NCBI RefSeq assembly: GCF_006345805.1
Contig: NC_043003.1
Coordinates: 5,704,001 to 5,768,000, forward strand
DNA: 64,000 nucleotides
Reading direction: 5' to 3'
From: Octopus sinensis
Lineage: Eukaryota
In this document: positions 12,385 through 25,524 of the stretch, piece after piece
Position numbering within the stretch: the stretch's first letter is position 1
Layout: every line of letters begins with the position of its first letter
Made by a program: the position numbers and the translations under genes
The notes under the pieces: generated by a model
Database searches by the model: none
The model's input: the letters and a program-made list of their open reading frames with translations, nothing else
Told to the model about the DNA's origin: nothing

Positions 12385-13325
12385 CATACCATATATATAT
12401 ATATATATATATACATATAAATATATATATACATATAAATATATATACACACACATATATATACATATAAATATATATACATATATATACACCCACACAT
12501 CAGACATTGATATTAAGATAGAGATAAGAATGTTTTATTATATAATCTTTCCATCGTAATAATAAGAGATAAATATTTACTTGTCTCACATATATACATA
12601 CATTCATAATATACACTCAGATAAGCTACATACTCTTATACGTATATGCATGTGTATACGTGTCTCTACTTGTTTAAATATATGCAAAAGCCTCTATGTG
12701 TATAGGGAGATATATGAATGTATATGTATGTGTACATACATTTATATATATATATATATGTATATACATATCTTCATCCACGTATATATATGCATATATA
12801 TATATATGTGCATATATCTATATGCATATATATATATATATATTCATATATAAGAATGTATAAATATATAGATATATATATATAAGCATATATATATGTA
12901 TATATGACTATATGTATATATGACTATATATCTACAAGTATGCATATATAAATATGTGTGCGTATACTCTTGCACCTATGCACGTGTGTGTGTGTGTCTG
13001 CGTGTGTATGTATAATACCTACGAATAATGGTAAATTAATACCTTCCAATAAATCAAGACATTATCTTATATGGCATCTTATATACACCTTGTCCGCCTT
13101 TGTTGTTCAAACACATGCCACTGGCCACTCACACCTATGGCTTTTCTTCGCTCATTTAAGTTTCATGTATAATGTAGGTATGTATAAAAGAATTCTTATG
13201 TATTTACATATATATATATATATGTCCATAAATAATATACATTTATATAATATATACATATGTTTATATGTGTATATATACGCATATACATGTATATCTA
13301 TCTAAACATACACACACACCCACAC

Positions 13326-13362
<37 letters not shown>

Positions 13363-13602
13363 ATCATGCAGATACATATATCTATAATTGTATATGTGTC
13401 TGTATGTCTGTACAGTGCATATGTGTTATGTGTTCAGCTAGATGTAGGACTTGCAATGTATGAGTTAGAGCACGACGTAGATCGCCATTATCCAGTCAGT
13501 TTCCAATATGGTGGTCAGTCGACCGCTGTACATAGCAGTGTTGGTAGGTATGATGCGCAGAGCGTAAGATAAACTTCTGTAGAAATATTAAGATGCAACT
13601 TA

Positions 13603-13795
13603 CGATAGATAGATAGGCAGATATATAGAAAGATAAGATAGATAGACAGATAGACAGATAAGATAGACAGATAAGATAGAAAGATAAGATAGATAGACAG
13701 ATAGACAGACAGATAGACAGACAGATAGACAGATTGATAGATAGATAAGATATATAGATAGAAAGATAGATAGACAGAAAGATAGACAGATAGAC

Positions 13796-13857
<62 letters not shown>

Positions 13858-14007
13858 ATAGATAGAAAGATAGACATATAGATAGATAGATAGATAGACA
13901 GATAGATAGATAGACAGATAGATAGATAGACAGATAGATAGATAGATATGATATAATAGATAGATAGATAAATAGATAGATAAGATAGAATAGATAGATA
14001 AAATAGA

Positions 14008-14092
<85 letters not shown>

Positions 14093-14113
14093 ATAGATAG
14101 ATAAGATAGAATT

Positions 14114-14154
<41 letters not shown>

Positions 14155-14162
14155 GTAGATAG
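13603..14162. repeat. ~560-bp (TAGA)n/(CAGA)n microsatellite
   Basis: Directly visible; explains the SIYL-repeat ORFs. Confidence 0.97.
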
Positions 14163-15569
14163 ATTTGGTGAAATAAGCTAAAACAACTTCGCATCGCGAT
14201 CCTTATGACCACGGATCAATTACATCAAGTTGATTTTTCCTTTTATCAAATAAAACTGTGTGAGAAAATGCAGTGGAGCCATTTCGTGTGCTGTCACGCC
14301 CTATTGGTCAGTTGCAATACCTCTGGGTATCACCTTAGCCAAATGTCTTTCACTCGACCATCCTCTCCATTTGGGTCCTGTGAATAGATTCGAACTCAAG
14401 TTGGCCTGTGTTACGTTGGGCATTCCTGTGAGTAGCAATTATTTCCTCATTAGCCACGGCTAAGTAAATTAAAGGCTGTTGGACTCAACCAAAAGCTTAA
14501 GCAATCTTAAATTCCGACGCTGTTTCTACCTTTTATTGCTATTGTTCTGACTATCATCATAAGATATATTTGGAGGAACGGATCTCACCATACAGCTCTC
14601 GTATTACTTTAATATACGGCCGTAACGGAAAGGTTACCGAAAATTCCATTTTCACCATGTGATTATCCTCCATCGAATAATCTGTACGTTAAATGATTGC
14701 CATCCAATAATCCCTCGACAAAGAGAAATCACTTTTAGAACAACGACCAAAACCGATGCAGTTTGCGACGCGAACTGAAGTTCTTCATTATGTACGTTTC
14801 TAAAAATCAACAAATGCGAAACAGGTTACGTATGTATGTATATATATATCGTGTGTGCGTCCGTATACGTACATGTATACATATACGTGCGTGTGCATGT
14901 GTGCACACAGAGACAATCATATATACATACATATTTTTATATAAAGAAGATACATATATATGTGTATATATATATATATATAATCATATTAAACAGATAA
15001 ATATATACATACACATTTTATTTATACACATTTTATCTATACATACATACATACATACATACATACATACATACATACATAATCTCTCCTATCTCTATCC
15101 GGATCTCGAAGATGTCTTTATTTCCGACCATTATATTACAATTGTCTCTTGCAGCTGATTGTAGAAAGAACCATTGAATTAGCAGCAGCAGCAGATGTAG
15201 TAGTAGCAGTAGTAGTAGCAGCAGCAGCAGCAGTAGTGGTGGTAGTAGTAGCAGCAAAGGTAGTAGGAGTGGCAGTGTTGGTGTTTCAGTGTGGTGTGTT
15301 AGTTGTTGTTGTAGTGATAGTATTGCTTGAATTGTGATAGTTGTAGTTGTGGACATTGTGATTGTGATGTGATTTAGTGGTGATGGTGGCGGCGGTAGTA
15401 CTTGAAGAGGTGATTATGACTGGGATCTAAATGGTGTGTTGTTTGCTGTGCTAGAGGTATGCACTTTGCGATGGCATTGATGGTAGTAGCAATGTTAAGT
15501 GTAACAGTTGCGGTTGTAGTGTTATTTACTGTGATGTTGCCGGTGGTGACGATGGTGTTGACGAAACTC

Positions 15570-15925
15570 TAGTCGGTGTAAAGAATTCAATCCGAACCTA
15601 TTCATCGATGTGTGTCTGCAACGCGTTCTGTTACAGCGAATATAAACATCTATCTCAGCCGGGAAGGCAAGGCAGTTTTCATCGTACTGGTGGCCATGGT
15701 GAAAAAATATGTGGTGGTGAACTCGAGCGAAAGGATTAGAGACAAACACTTACCTCTCTGGCCAATCGCTCATCAACTTTTCCAAGTACCACTTGAAAAG
15801 GAAGGTGAGAATGGAGAGGCAGGTTTTGACTCATGAAAGTTTCAAAAAAAGGTGGGTGAATGTAGCAAAGATGGTGCGTGCGAGTGACGAAACCACTTTG
15901 AGCATGATCCAGTAAATCGTAACAC

Positions 15926-15957
<32 letters not shown>

Positions 15958-16208
15958 CACTTTGCTCTGATGTGTTTATTTCCTCCTTGACTGAGGTTAC
16001 CTCCCTACCTGAGGCTTTTCTTTCTACGGATGAACCTAATCTTGTTTGTTACTTTGAAAATAAAATCTTTCTGTGATACACGATCCCTTTTGATTGAAAT
16101 TTTACATTGTTTCCATTTTTTTCTTTTTCCTTTTCCATCTTCGAAAAGAAAAGCTTTACATTTGTATTTGTCCCCTCTGTGTCCAGCCCTGTGTGGCCAA
16201 TAAAGAAA
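15570..16208 (+). mobile_element. LINE 3' end, tentatively L1/Tx1-like ORF2 C-terminus + 3' UTR
   Basis: With one frameshift: LSREGKAVFIVLVAMVKKYV..TRAKGLETNTYLSGQSLINFSKYHLKRKVRMERQVLTHESFKKRWVNVAKMVRASDETTLSMIQ* (stop 15913-15915). The UTR matches 61456-61670. Clade assignment rests only on the resemblance of the W..R and F..RW motifs. Confidence 0.6.
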
Positions 16209-16317
16209 GTTATCTATCCGTGTCTATCTGTATTTATGTCTATATATCTATCTAACTCTTTGTCTATCCATTTATCTTTCTATTTATTCTATTGTCTCTC
16301 AATAAATCAATCAGTCC

Positions 16318-16350
<33 letters not shown>

Positions 16351-16358
16351 AATATACT

Positions 16359-16430
<72 letters not shown>

Positions 16431-16434
<4 letters not shown>

Positions 16435-16675
16435 GCTATGAAGTCCTTCTTCATCCACCTTACACTCCTGACCTCGCACCATCTGATCTCCAACTCTTTT
16501 CAACCTTGAAGTCTGTTGTTAAGGGGGAAACGCTATTCGGATGATGATGAACTTATCTCCGAAGTAAAGTCTTGGCTTCAGTCGCAACCTAGCAGCTTCT
16601 ACAGACGAAGTCTTCCCAGCTGCATAAAGCTATGGGAGAAGTGTTTTACTATTGATGGTGGCTATGTAGAGAGAG
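16431..16675 (+). pseudogene. Mariner transposase C-terminal fragment
   Basis: GYEVLLHPPYTPDLAPSDLQLF (mariner HPPYSPDLAPSDFHLF motif), frameshifting near 16525 into GKRYSDDDELISEVKSWLQSQPSSFY..IKLWEKCFTIDGGYVE. Confidence 0.9.
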
Positions 16676-16695
16676 GACTAATAATTATGCCATGC

Positions 16696-16905
16696 TTTTA
16701 TTCTATTACTTGTTTCAGTGATTTGACTACGGCTATGCTGGAGCACCGCCTGTAGTCGAACAAATCGACCTCGAAACCTAGTCTTTGTATGCCTAGTAAT
16801 TATTCTATCAGCCTCTTTTGCCGAATCGCTGAGTTACGGGAACGTAAACTCACCAACATCGTTTTCAAGCGATGGTGTGGGGACAAACACAGACACACAA
16901 CACAC
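16696..16905 (-). mobile_element. SINE family A 3' half
   Basis: atttgactacggctatgctggagcaccgcc...gggacaaacacagacacac matches the 3' half of 25127-25524. Confidence 0.85.
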
Positions 16906-17568
16906 TTTAACTTCTTAGAAGTGATAATATATGTGTGAATTTGCATACGTATTCATGTATTTGCGCAAGTGTATGTATATCTATATACGTGTATGCGTTG
17001 ATATCTCTGCGCGTGTTCGATGTATATATATATATGGGTATATGCGGGTGTCTGTGTATATTTATAAATGGACGTATAGATACATATATATTTGTGTGTA
17101 TGTGTTCACGTGCGTACTTGTATGTATACAAATTTTCACAATGTTATAGCTTATAAACGGATATTCCATTCCTTTATTAACTATAAACTCACCTTATTTA
17201 TATTTAAATTTCCTCCATCATCTCTATTTAATTTATTCATTTATTGTTCTAATTCTATTTACCTACCCTATCTTATTTCCAATCAACTTGTAAACCTCTC
17301 GCCCGAATATATTACATTACAAATCATAAACCGTACCATTGAGTCTGCTATAATGGATCCAGAAACACATATAAAACAGCTAAAGGTATTTTTCCATCTG
17401 AAGGTATTATGCACAGGACATATAAGTATAAATTTAATATTTACTTAATATTTCTTGAATATGAATTGAAACAGCTGTAAGTGAAGATGATTAATTTGCT
17501 ATCACCTGTCTTCGTCTTCAGCTATACATACATACATATACAAACATGTGTGTGTGTGTGTTTGAGTG

Positions 17569-17603
<35 letters not shown>

Positions 17604-18069
17604 AAGGAAATAAGACAACATAGAAAGTGCTAAAATAATTTTATCATGAAGAATATTCTAGTTCCGGTTTCAGACTTTGCGACTTTTTCAACTTAGGGTA
17701 AAGCATGAAAAACAATTAAGTTATGAGAAAATTAAGTGAATTTAAAAAAAAAAATTTCCATAGTTTTCAAATGCAAGGGACATTTACTTTTTCCTGTCTC
17801 TCTCTCTTTTTTATTTTCATGAGTAAAAGAGACAGAGAGAGAGTTAATATTTACATTTGTCGGAATATAGAGTGTTGCTTAATAAATCTATTTTCACTTG
17901 TGTCGTGTGATACAATTGAAAGGCTGCCATCAGCGGATGCATTCACTGATCCCCTTCATCCCCTATCAAACGGGATGTTCTCTAAGAGTTCCATCTTCTG
18001 TGTTATTACTACCACAACAACTACTAATGATGATGATGATGATCATCATCATCATAATGATGATAATAA

Positions 18070-18403
18070 GGGGAGTATCTTAGCTGTGTGTTGAAAGGAA
18101 TTCTTGGAGGTTTGGATAATTCACCTTTGGAAACATGGATGTTTCGTTCACCATCCTTAAAAAATCCTTATTCAGGGACCTTTTGAACAGAATGGGCTAC
18201 TCGACCAGAAGAAAATTCTAACTGGGCCCCACCTGCAAGGTCATGCGTTGTTTATCTTGATATGAGATCACCATGTTATGCTCAAATGGTTGTGATGCAT
18301 GAGCCTGGTGTACTCTTATCAGATGGGTAGTCATGATGGGTATATTGGACTTCGTATATTTTACCCCTGTGTCACTTTGATGGCATACACTGCTCTCTCA
18401 CTC
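18070..18403 (+). mobile_element. Element D, copy 4 (5'-truncated)
   Basis: Reverse complement of copies 1-3; ends ctgctctctcactc(aat)n. Confidence 0.85.
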
Positions 18404-18424
18404 AATAATAATAATAGTGAGTAA

Positions 18425-18618
18425 ATATGTCGAGAAGGAAATGGAACAAATAGGGGCTGCACTAAGGGTGGAGCACTTGCAAAAAACAGCACTGTTTGTA
18501 ACTGGTCGAATACTCCGGAAGGTGGTCGAAAAATAAGAGGTGTTACCTCAGTTCACTGGTAGTGAACAGCTGACACCGTAGTACATTTCCAGCGTTAGAA
18601 GCTGTGCAAAGGCAACAA
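18425..18618 (+). mobile_element. R4/Dong-type 3' end, another subfamily
   Basis: 18429-18536 reads VEKEMEQIGAALRVEHLQKTALFVTGRILRKVVEK*, followed by a UTR and (AAT)n 18619-18668. Confidence 0.7.
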
Positions 18619-18621
18619 ATA

Positions 18622-18670
<49 letters not shown>

Positions 18671-18769
18671 GGCGTAATTGAGGACAAAAGTTCAGGGTGA
18701 CGGGCTTTCACCCGGCAGGCGCCCTGTGAGTGTATAGCACAAGCTCAGTCGTCATTATACGGCTGCTGG

Positions 18770-19055
18770 AATTAATCGGACTAAAACGATGAATATAATT
18801 GTCATGGGTGTCAAATAAATCGAAATTAACATGTGAGCAGAGCAAAACCCCCAGAAAACTGCTCTGCTGGGGAGATCTAGGATTTTGAGTTTGGTACTTG
18901 GACGTTGAATGTCTCCCGCGATAATGAACAACCGAGTATCAAAGCTAATAATTTGCGGAAAGAGACCCTCTGAGACTCCTGACAACAGGCTGCAATCCGC
19001 TCTCACAGAATCTACCAGAATAAACAAGACCGAACGTTCTAAAAAGTTAAACTAT
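18770..19055 (+). mobile_element. R4/Dong-type 3' end, subfamily 1
   Basis: 18822-18908 reads EINM*AEQNPQKTALLGRSRILSLVLGR*. The UTR (aacaaccgagtatcaaag...gagac...caacaggctgc) matches 6340-6430 and 40330-40450. Followed by (AAT)n/(AAG)n. Confidence 0.8.
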
Positions 19056-19066
19056 AATAATAATAA

Positions 19067-19097
<31 letters not shown>

Positions 19098-19116
19098 AAG
19101 AAGAATGAAAATAATG

Positions 19117-19157
<41 letters not shown>

Positions 19158-19379
19158 TAATAATAATAATGTTAATAATTGTGCATGCAAACTAAAGAAG
19201 TATATCAAAAATTAGATTTGTACTGGTTTCGAGAAGTGAATCGATAAGAGCTGTATTTGGTACAAAGACATATCTTCTAATATCCTTCAAACATGATCAA
19301 TCATACTGCTTATAAAATATATTGATCGATTGATTATCATTTCAATGCCGATTCAGCGCCGGCTAATGCCAAACAGACA

Positions 19380-19423
<44 letters not shown>

Positions 19424-19840
19424 TTAAAAGGTTAACGAAAAAATTTCACGTGGTGAATTGTAGTCGAAAACAAAAAAAAAGGAAAATACACAGAAACTTT
19501 ATGCTGGACAATATGTGTGTGTGTGTGTGGTGTGTATGTGTGTGGTTGTGTATGTGTCCGTGTGTGAAATAAAATATTTACATAGTCGACCGGATTCGCA
19601 TAGGTTGATGAAGCTAAAGAAGTTAGTGATGATGTTACAAATTCACGCCATCATATTAAGTTTTCATTCCATACACGGGGTTAGAAAGTTTGCTGCAACT
19701 GTTTTGCAAGCATTTTATTGATGCATTCATAGATTACATCATAGCTTAAATCCACCATCCTCACCTAACGTTTTAAAAGTGTATAAACAGGCAACAGAAC
19801 AATTAGGGATGGCTTATTCACCCAAATACACATGTGTATA

Positions 19841-20230
19841 GGTGGAGGCGCAATGGCCCAGTGGTTAGGGCAGCGGACTCGCGGTCATAGGATCGCGGTT
19901 TCGATTCCCAGACCGGGCGTTGTGAGTGTTTATTGAGCGAAAATACCTAAAGCTTCACGAGGCTCCGGCAGGGGATGGTGGTGATCCCTGCTGTACTCTT
20001 TCACCACAACTTTCTCTCACTCTTACTTTCTGTTTCTGTTGTACCTGTATTTCAAAGGGCCGGCCTTGTCACTCTCTGTGTTACGCTGAATATCCCCGAG
20101 AACTACGTTAAGGGCACACGTGTCTGTGGAGTGCTCAGCCACTTACACGTTAATATCACGAGCAGGCTGTTCCGTTGATTCGTATCAACCGGAACCCTCG
20201 TCGTCGTAACCGATGGAGTGCTTCCATCCG
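19841..20230 (+). mobile_element. Full-length tRNA-derived SINE, family C, with 13-bp TSD
   Basis: A box tggcccagtgg and B box-like ggtttcgattcc. Perfect flanking direct repeat acacatgtgtata at 19828-19840 and 20231-20243. Confidence 0.85.
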
Positions 20231-20327
20231 ACACATGTGTATATATACATATATATAGTTCATGTTCCATGTACTCGTGCATCGTATCTTTTGTTGTATA
20301 CGTTTCGTGTCGTCCTGTGCCCATATA

Positions 20328-20369
<42 letters not shown>

Positions 20370-20501
20370 CGTATAGATATAGGTATGTATAAGTATGCAT
20401 ATATATACACATATAGATATAAGTATGTACATATACGTATATATATGCATATTATATGTACATATAGATATAAGTATATACGTACACGTATGTATATATG
20501 C

Positions 20502-20536
<35 letters not shown>

Positions 20537-20578
20537 CACATATAAATATAAGTATGTACATACACGTAAGTATATATG

Positions 20579-20624
<46 letters not shown>

Positions 20625-21176
20625 ATAATATATATATATATATAATTTTTTACATATTATATGACTGAATGCCACGCATTCCCTTCCAAGTAAGTTTTAT
20701 CCTAATTCTGATGCGCACTCAATACGATCTTTCTACTCTTTCGTTTTTCTCTCTTTCTCTCTCTTATTCTTTTACCTCCTCTTCTCCCACTATTCCATCC
20801 TATAACACTGTCACTCTCTCTCTCTCTCCCTTGCACACGTGCCTCCGACGTGACCATCGGTCATCTTTCTTTCTCTTCGTTGTAGCTTGAACAAGAAAGA
20901 CATGTTCTTATTTGTCTCCTGTCCAAGTTTGATTTACGCATTCGCCGCCACAACCTCGTTTAGTCCTTCTGGTTTGTCTTCATTGTAGTCTTTGTGTTAC
21001 AAATTTTCATCCTCCTCAAAATTCCAAATTTCATTTAATTTGCTTTGCGGAAGCAGCTGTTTTATCGAAAGCGTATTTTGTTGTTAAATGCTCGAAACAC
21101 GAGACTGGAAAAACAGCCAACAACTGATGAAGGGTCGTTCTAATTTATATACATTAGATAGATAGACAGAGATAGT

Positions 21177-21212
<36 letters not shown>

Positions 21213-21719
21213 AAAATAAGTAGATAGGTAGATTAATAAGCATCAAAATGAGGAGTACGCATGAGGAGAGTTGAAATAATAGCTAAATATCCCTCAAGTC
21301 TTCTTATAAAATGACGACAGATGAGTCACGGCTGGTTTGCTTCTCTTTTATTTAATGTATGCTGGACCAGGCATGTCTTAGAGCTCAACAACAACAAACT
21401 TGATTTAACAGAATAATGAGTCAAATAATAAAAAGCAATCCACTCATGGCCATTCCGCTTTTGACACTGCAAGACAGTGCATTACACATAATATCTAATG
21501 AGTCCCTCTGTTTTTCAAATACACAAGTTTTATCTTCGGGTCATTAGGCTTTTAGTTTTTAGCAATTACCAGTATAACAATCCTATCAGGTTGACTCTTA
21601 GGGAGCATATCCATAATCAGAGTCGTTCCATACACGACCATCTCATCTTGTTTTCAGCAAAATTAAGAACTAGATTATCTAATGTGTCTTTTCGTTATTG
21701 AAACTACAAGTCTCAGGCT

Positions 21720-22043
21720 TGACTCTGTGGTAAGAAAACACTTCGGCAAGTGTCTTCTGCCGCAACCCCGGCCCGCCCGATGCGCTTTGAGGGAATTTGT
21801 TTGACGGGAACTGAAAGAAGCCTATAGTACACGTGTGTGTGTGAGTGTGCACGCGCGTGCGTACTTGTGTGTGTTTGTTTCTCTGTATGTCTCCAAGCAC
21901 CGTTTGACAACTAGTGCCGGTTGAATTTACATTCCTGTTACCTAGCGGTTCGGCATAGGGACTGATAGAATAGGTACCAATATTAACAAAATAAGTACTG
22001 GGGTCGATTTGTTCGACCAAAACTCTTCAAGGTGGCGCTCCAG
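21720..22043 (+). mobile_element. Old, diverged SINE family A copy
   Basis: ggcaagtgtcttctg...gaactgaaagaagcc-(TG)n-...tagcggttcggc...ggggtcgatttgttcgac...ggtggcgctccag, colinear with family A. Confidence 0.75.
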
Positions 22044-22783
22044 TTTGGAATATAAAACTTTGTGATTTCTGATGATTTGGCTGCTACTTTTAGCAGGTCG
22101 AGTGACCACGTAAAGGTTTTCTTGTCGTTCCCGTTGAGTTATGGACCCACGTTGATAGAAATGACTTTAAATCACTATCAGTCGACCAACGCAACAGCAA
22201 ATTTATATTTATTAATATCAGCAAAACAGAGAAGGTCTAATACATTATTTCATAAAGTTTTACCAATTAGATTATTTTAAACGGTGGATTTATTTCCAAT
22301 TCAAAATTCCATTTTATAATTACAAAATGAAATTATACCCTCGCTTCAAAACAAAAAAAAAAAAAGAAGAAAAAGTACTAATATCACTAAAGCTTACCAA
22401 CAATATAAATATTCATAGCCATCAATTTATTTCTGAAGTAGAAGACAGCGCCCTCTTTTAATTTAGTTTTCAATTACTCTCACCTCCTAGCGTTGAACTA
22501 TTTCATAAACATTCTATATAATATTTGCCGAAGTAACAAGGAATGGCGGGGGCTGGGTAGCTATTGATAAGGCAGAAACACGTTGAGTTATTTCCCTTAC
22601 TTGCTCAACCAAATAATAACGTTACTTAACCACTGATGTATCCTTTAATCCCCACATTTTCATACATCCGTGGTTCTTCATGACTGTTAAAGAACTGCAT
22701 GATAATGAATCGCATTATACATACATAAGCACATGCACGTATATATACATACACATACACATACAAATACGTGTGTGTGAATG

Positions 22784-22845
<62 letters not shown>

Positions 22846-23121
22846 ATATATATATATATGTATGTATAAAGGGGTTTGTATGATTGTGGCATTGAGAGAT
22901 ATATATTATTCAAAGAAATTCCAACTCTGTTTCTTATATTTATTTAAATTCTTTATAATACTAATATAGAATATATAGTATAAGTAGTATATATAGTAAA
23001 ATGAAATGTAGTATTGATTGTCTTATTGAATAGATGAAATATTGAATACAAAATATTAGGGGACTAGTATACTTTCTTGCATTATAGCAGTCTTCAAGGT
23101 CCCTGGAGGTGACAGGAGTGT

Positions 23122-23184
<63 letters not shown>

Positions 23185-25126
23185 ACATATATAATATATA
23201 TATTTAAACATAATAAAACAGGGTAATAATAAATTATTATTACTGCTAGGCTACTGGTAATAATAATTTATATATATATATATATACAACACATACATTT
23301 ATACATCCATATATAGATAGGTAGGTAGATAAAGAGATAGAAACACACTCATACAAGTGTGTTGCTGCGTTGTGTGTGTATGTGTGGCGATTTGAGTAGA
23401 GTACGTGCGTGTGTGTCTGTATGTTCTGCTTATGATATGAAGCTGGAAAACGATGGAGATTGGAATCGGGCAATATTCACAACCCACCAATTTGCAGAAC
23501 TACACATTTCACTGGTAGCAATTTATATTTTTTCTATCTCCGTCCAAACATGAAAGACCTTGTCCTATATTTCAGCAATCACAGCTTCGTAATAGATTTA
23601 TTGTAAAGCCAAGCGCAATCTATTATGCTATAAAGTGACACTAAAATATATAATTTTCAGCTTGGTTTGGATTTAGAGCGGAGGTCTTTTCAATGGAAAT
23701 ATATGAAACTAATTTTTTGTTTTTGCCCCCGAGGAAAATATAAATTTATAAATTTTAAGAAATGTCAATTATTGTTGAAATTGCCTCCGAGATTGACTCT
23801 GCTTTTAGTTCAGAGTCAATCGTATATATAACATGAGTATAGACACTCATATACATTTAAGTATAAATACAGGCACATAGTCACATACATATGAAGGAAA
23901 ACATATAAACAGGCTTAAAATGAAGAAACTTTGTGTGTATATTTATATAAATATACATATAAATACATACATATATATATGTATGCATATATATCTTCAG
24001 ACAGCTCATGAATATATATATATATAGACACACACACGTATATATGTATGTATGTATGTACATATATGTATGTATGTACGTTTATATGTTTGTTGTCACC
24101 TATATACGACTATATGAGGTGACACAGTAGGTGTTAACTTTATATAAATATTTTTTCAATTATATTTGCTTCCACGTCTCTATGGAAACAAAACGCACAA
24201 ATAAGCACGATAAACACGTACAGAAATACATCATATATGTGTGTGTGTGTATGTATGTATATATATAAATATATAGACTTATACACACATGTATAAATAT
24301 ATATATATATATACACATAAATAGATCTACACACACAGATGTATAAATAAATATATATATATGGGTGTGTAAACTGACCCATATATACACCCGCACATAC
24401 ATACATACATACATACATACATACATACATACATACATTACATTACATATATTCATTCAATGCCAGCAAGCTTTCATCCACCAACTCTGTTTCGAACTCA
24501 CACCAGCAATTTGTCATCAATCATATTTGCGAACATTAACAAGAAGAGTAATAATAACTGAATATTTCTCTTTTTGTCTTGTTTTGTATATGTTTTCCAT
24601 CCGTCTCCCCACCTTCCACGCTCAGGAAAATACATGTGAAACCCTTTCAATGGTAAATTCTTCTCTCTCCGAGGTTATTCCTTTCTTTCTAATTCCAGAG
24701 AGTAAAAAATTTCCCCATGCTGTCGTAATTAATCCTTTTACAATTTGCTTGTCACTATCAATTTAACCCATATTTTTTTTCTTACTTTTCCGTGACCTGC
24801 TTATTAGCAGAATTTGCCGTCTATGAAATTGGGTGCGATTATTGATCCAAGCAAACCAATAACAGCTACAAACGCTTCGATATGGTTTTCCACCATTTAT
24901 CTCACTATCACAACTACATATACTCATTCCCCCACGTTTAAACACTTTTATCCACCCTGTTTATTCTCATATCTCCACCAGAGCTATAAACAGCTCTACA
25001 ATTTTCTTCTACACACCTGTTTATATACATCATTGTAAACATCTGTTATACGCATATATTCTCCTTACTGACACATAACCATGGCACTTACCCCCTACAC
25101 ATCTATCCACAATACATACACATATA

Positions 25127-25524
25127 CTCTTTTACTTGTTTCAGTCATTTGATTGCGGCCATGCTGGAGCACCGCCTTTAGTCGAGCAAATCGACCCCGG
25201 GACTTATTCTTTGTAAGCCCAGTACTTATTCTATCGGTCTCTTCATGCCGAACCGCTAAGTGACGGGGACATAAACACACCAGCATCGGTTGTCAAGTGA
25301 TGTTGGGGGGACAAACACAGACACACAAACACACACACATACATATATATATACATATATACGACAGGCTTCTTTCAGTTTCCGTCTACCAAATCCACTG
25401 ACAAGGCATTGGTCGGCCCGGGGCTATAGTAGAAGACACTTGCCCAAGATGCCACACAGTGGGACTGAACCCAGAACCATGTGGTTGGTTAGCAAGCTAT
25501 TTACCACACAGCCACTCCTGCGCC
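25127..25524 (-). mobile_element. Full-length SINE family A (tRNA head, CCTTGGGCAAG-like central motif, internal TA/TG tract, LINE-like tail)
   Basis: Complete from ggcgcaggagtggc to the (aaaagag) tail. Flanked by a ~104-bp direct repeat. Confidence 0.9.

Noticed and set aside
13438-14460. Exon-like unique segments either side of the (TAGA)n tract
   Set aside because: Open frames and splice-like signals occur on both strands with no recognisable homology, so I cannot choose or support a call.
19844-19920. tRNA gene
   Set aside because: It has A/B boxes but no complete cloverleaf that I can fold, and it continues into a ~390-bp body with a TSD, so it is a SINE head.
21123-21135. Exact CTGATGA(AG) hammerhead core
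   Set aside because: No stem II or downstream GAAA; the sequence runs into a microsatellite.
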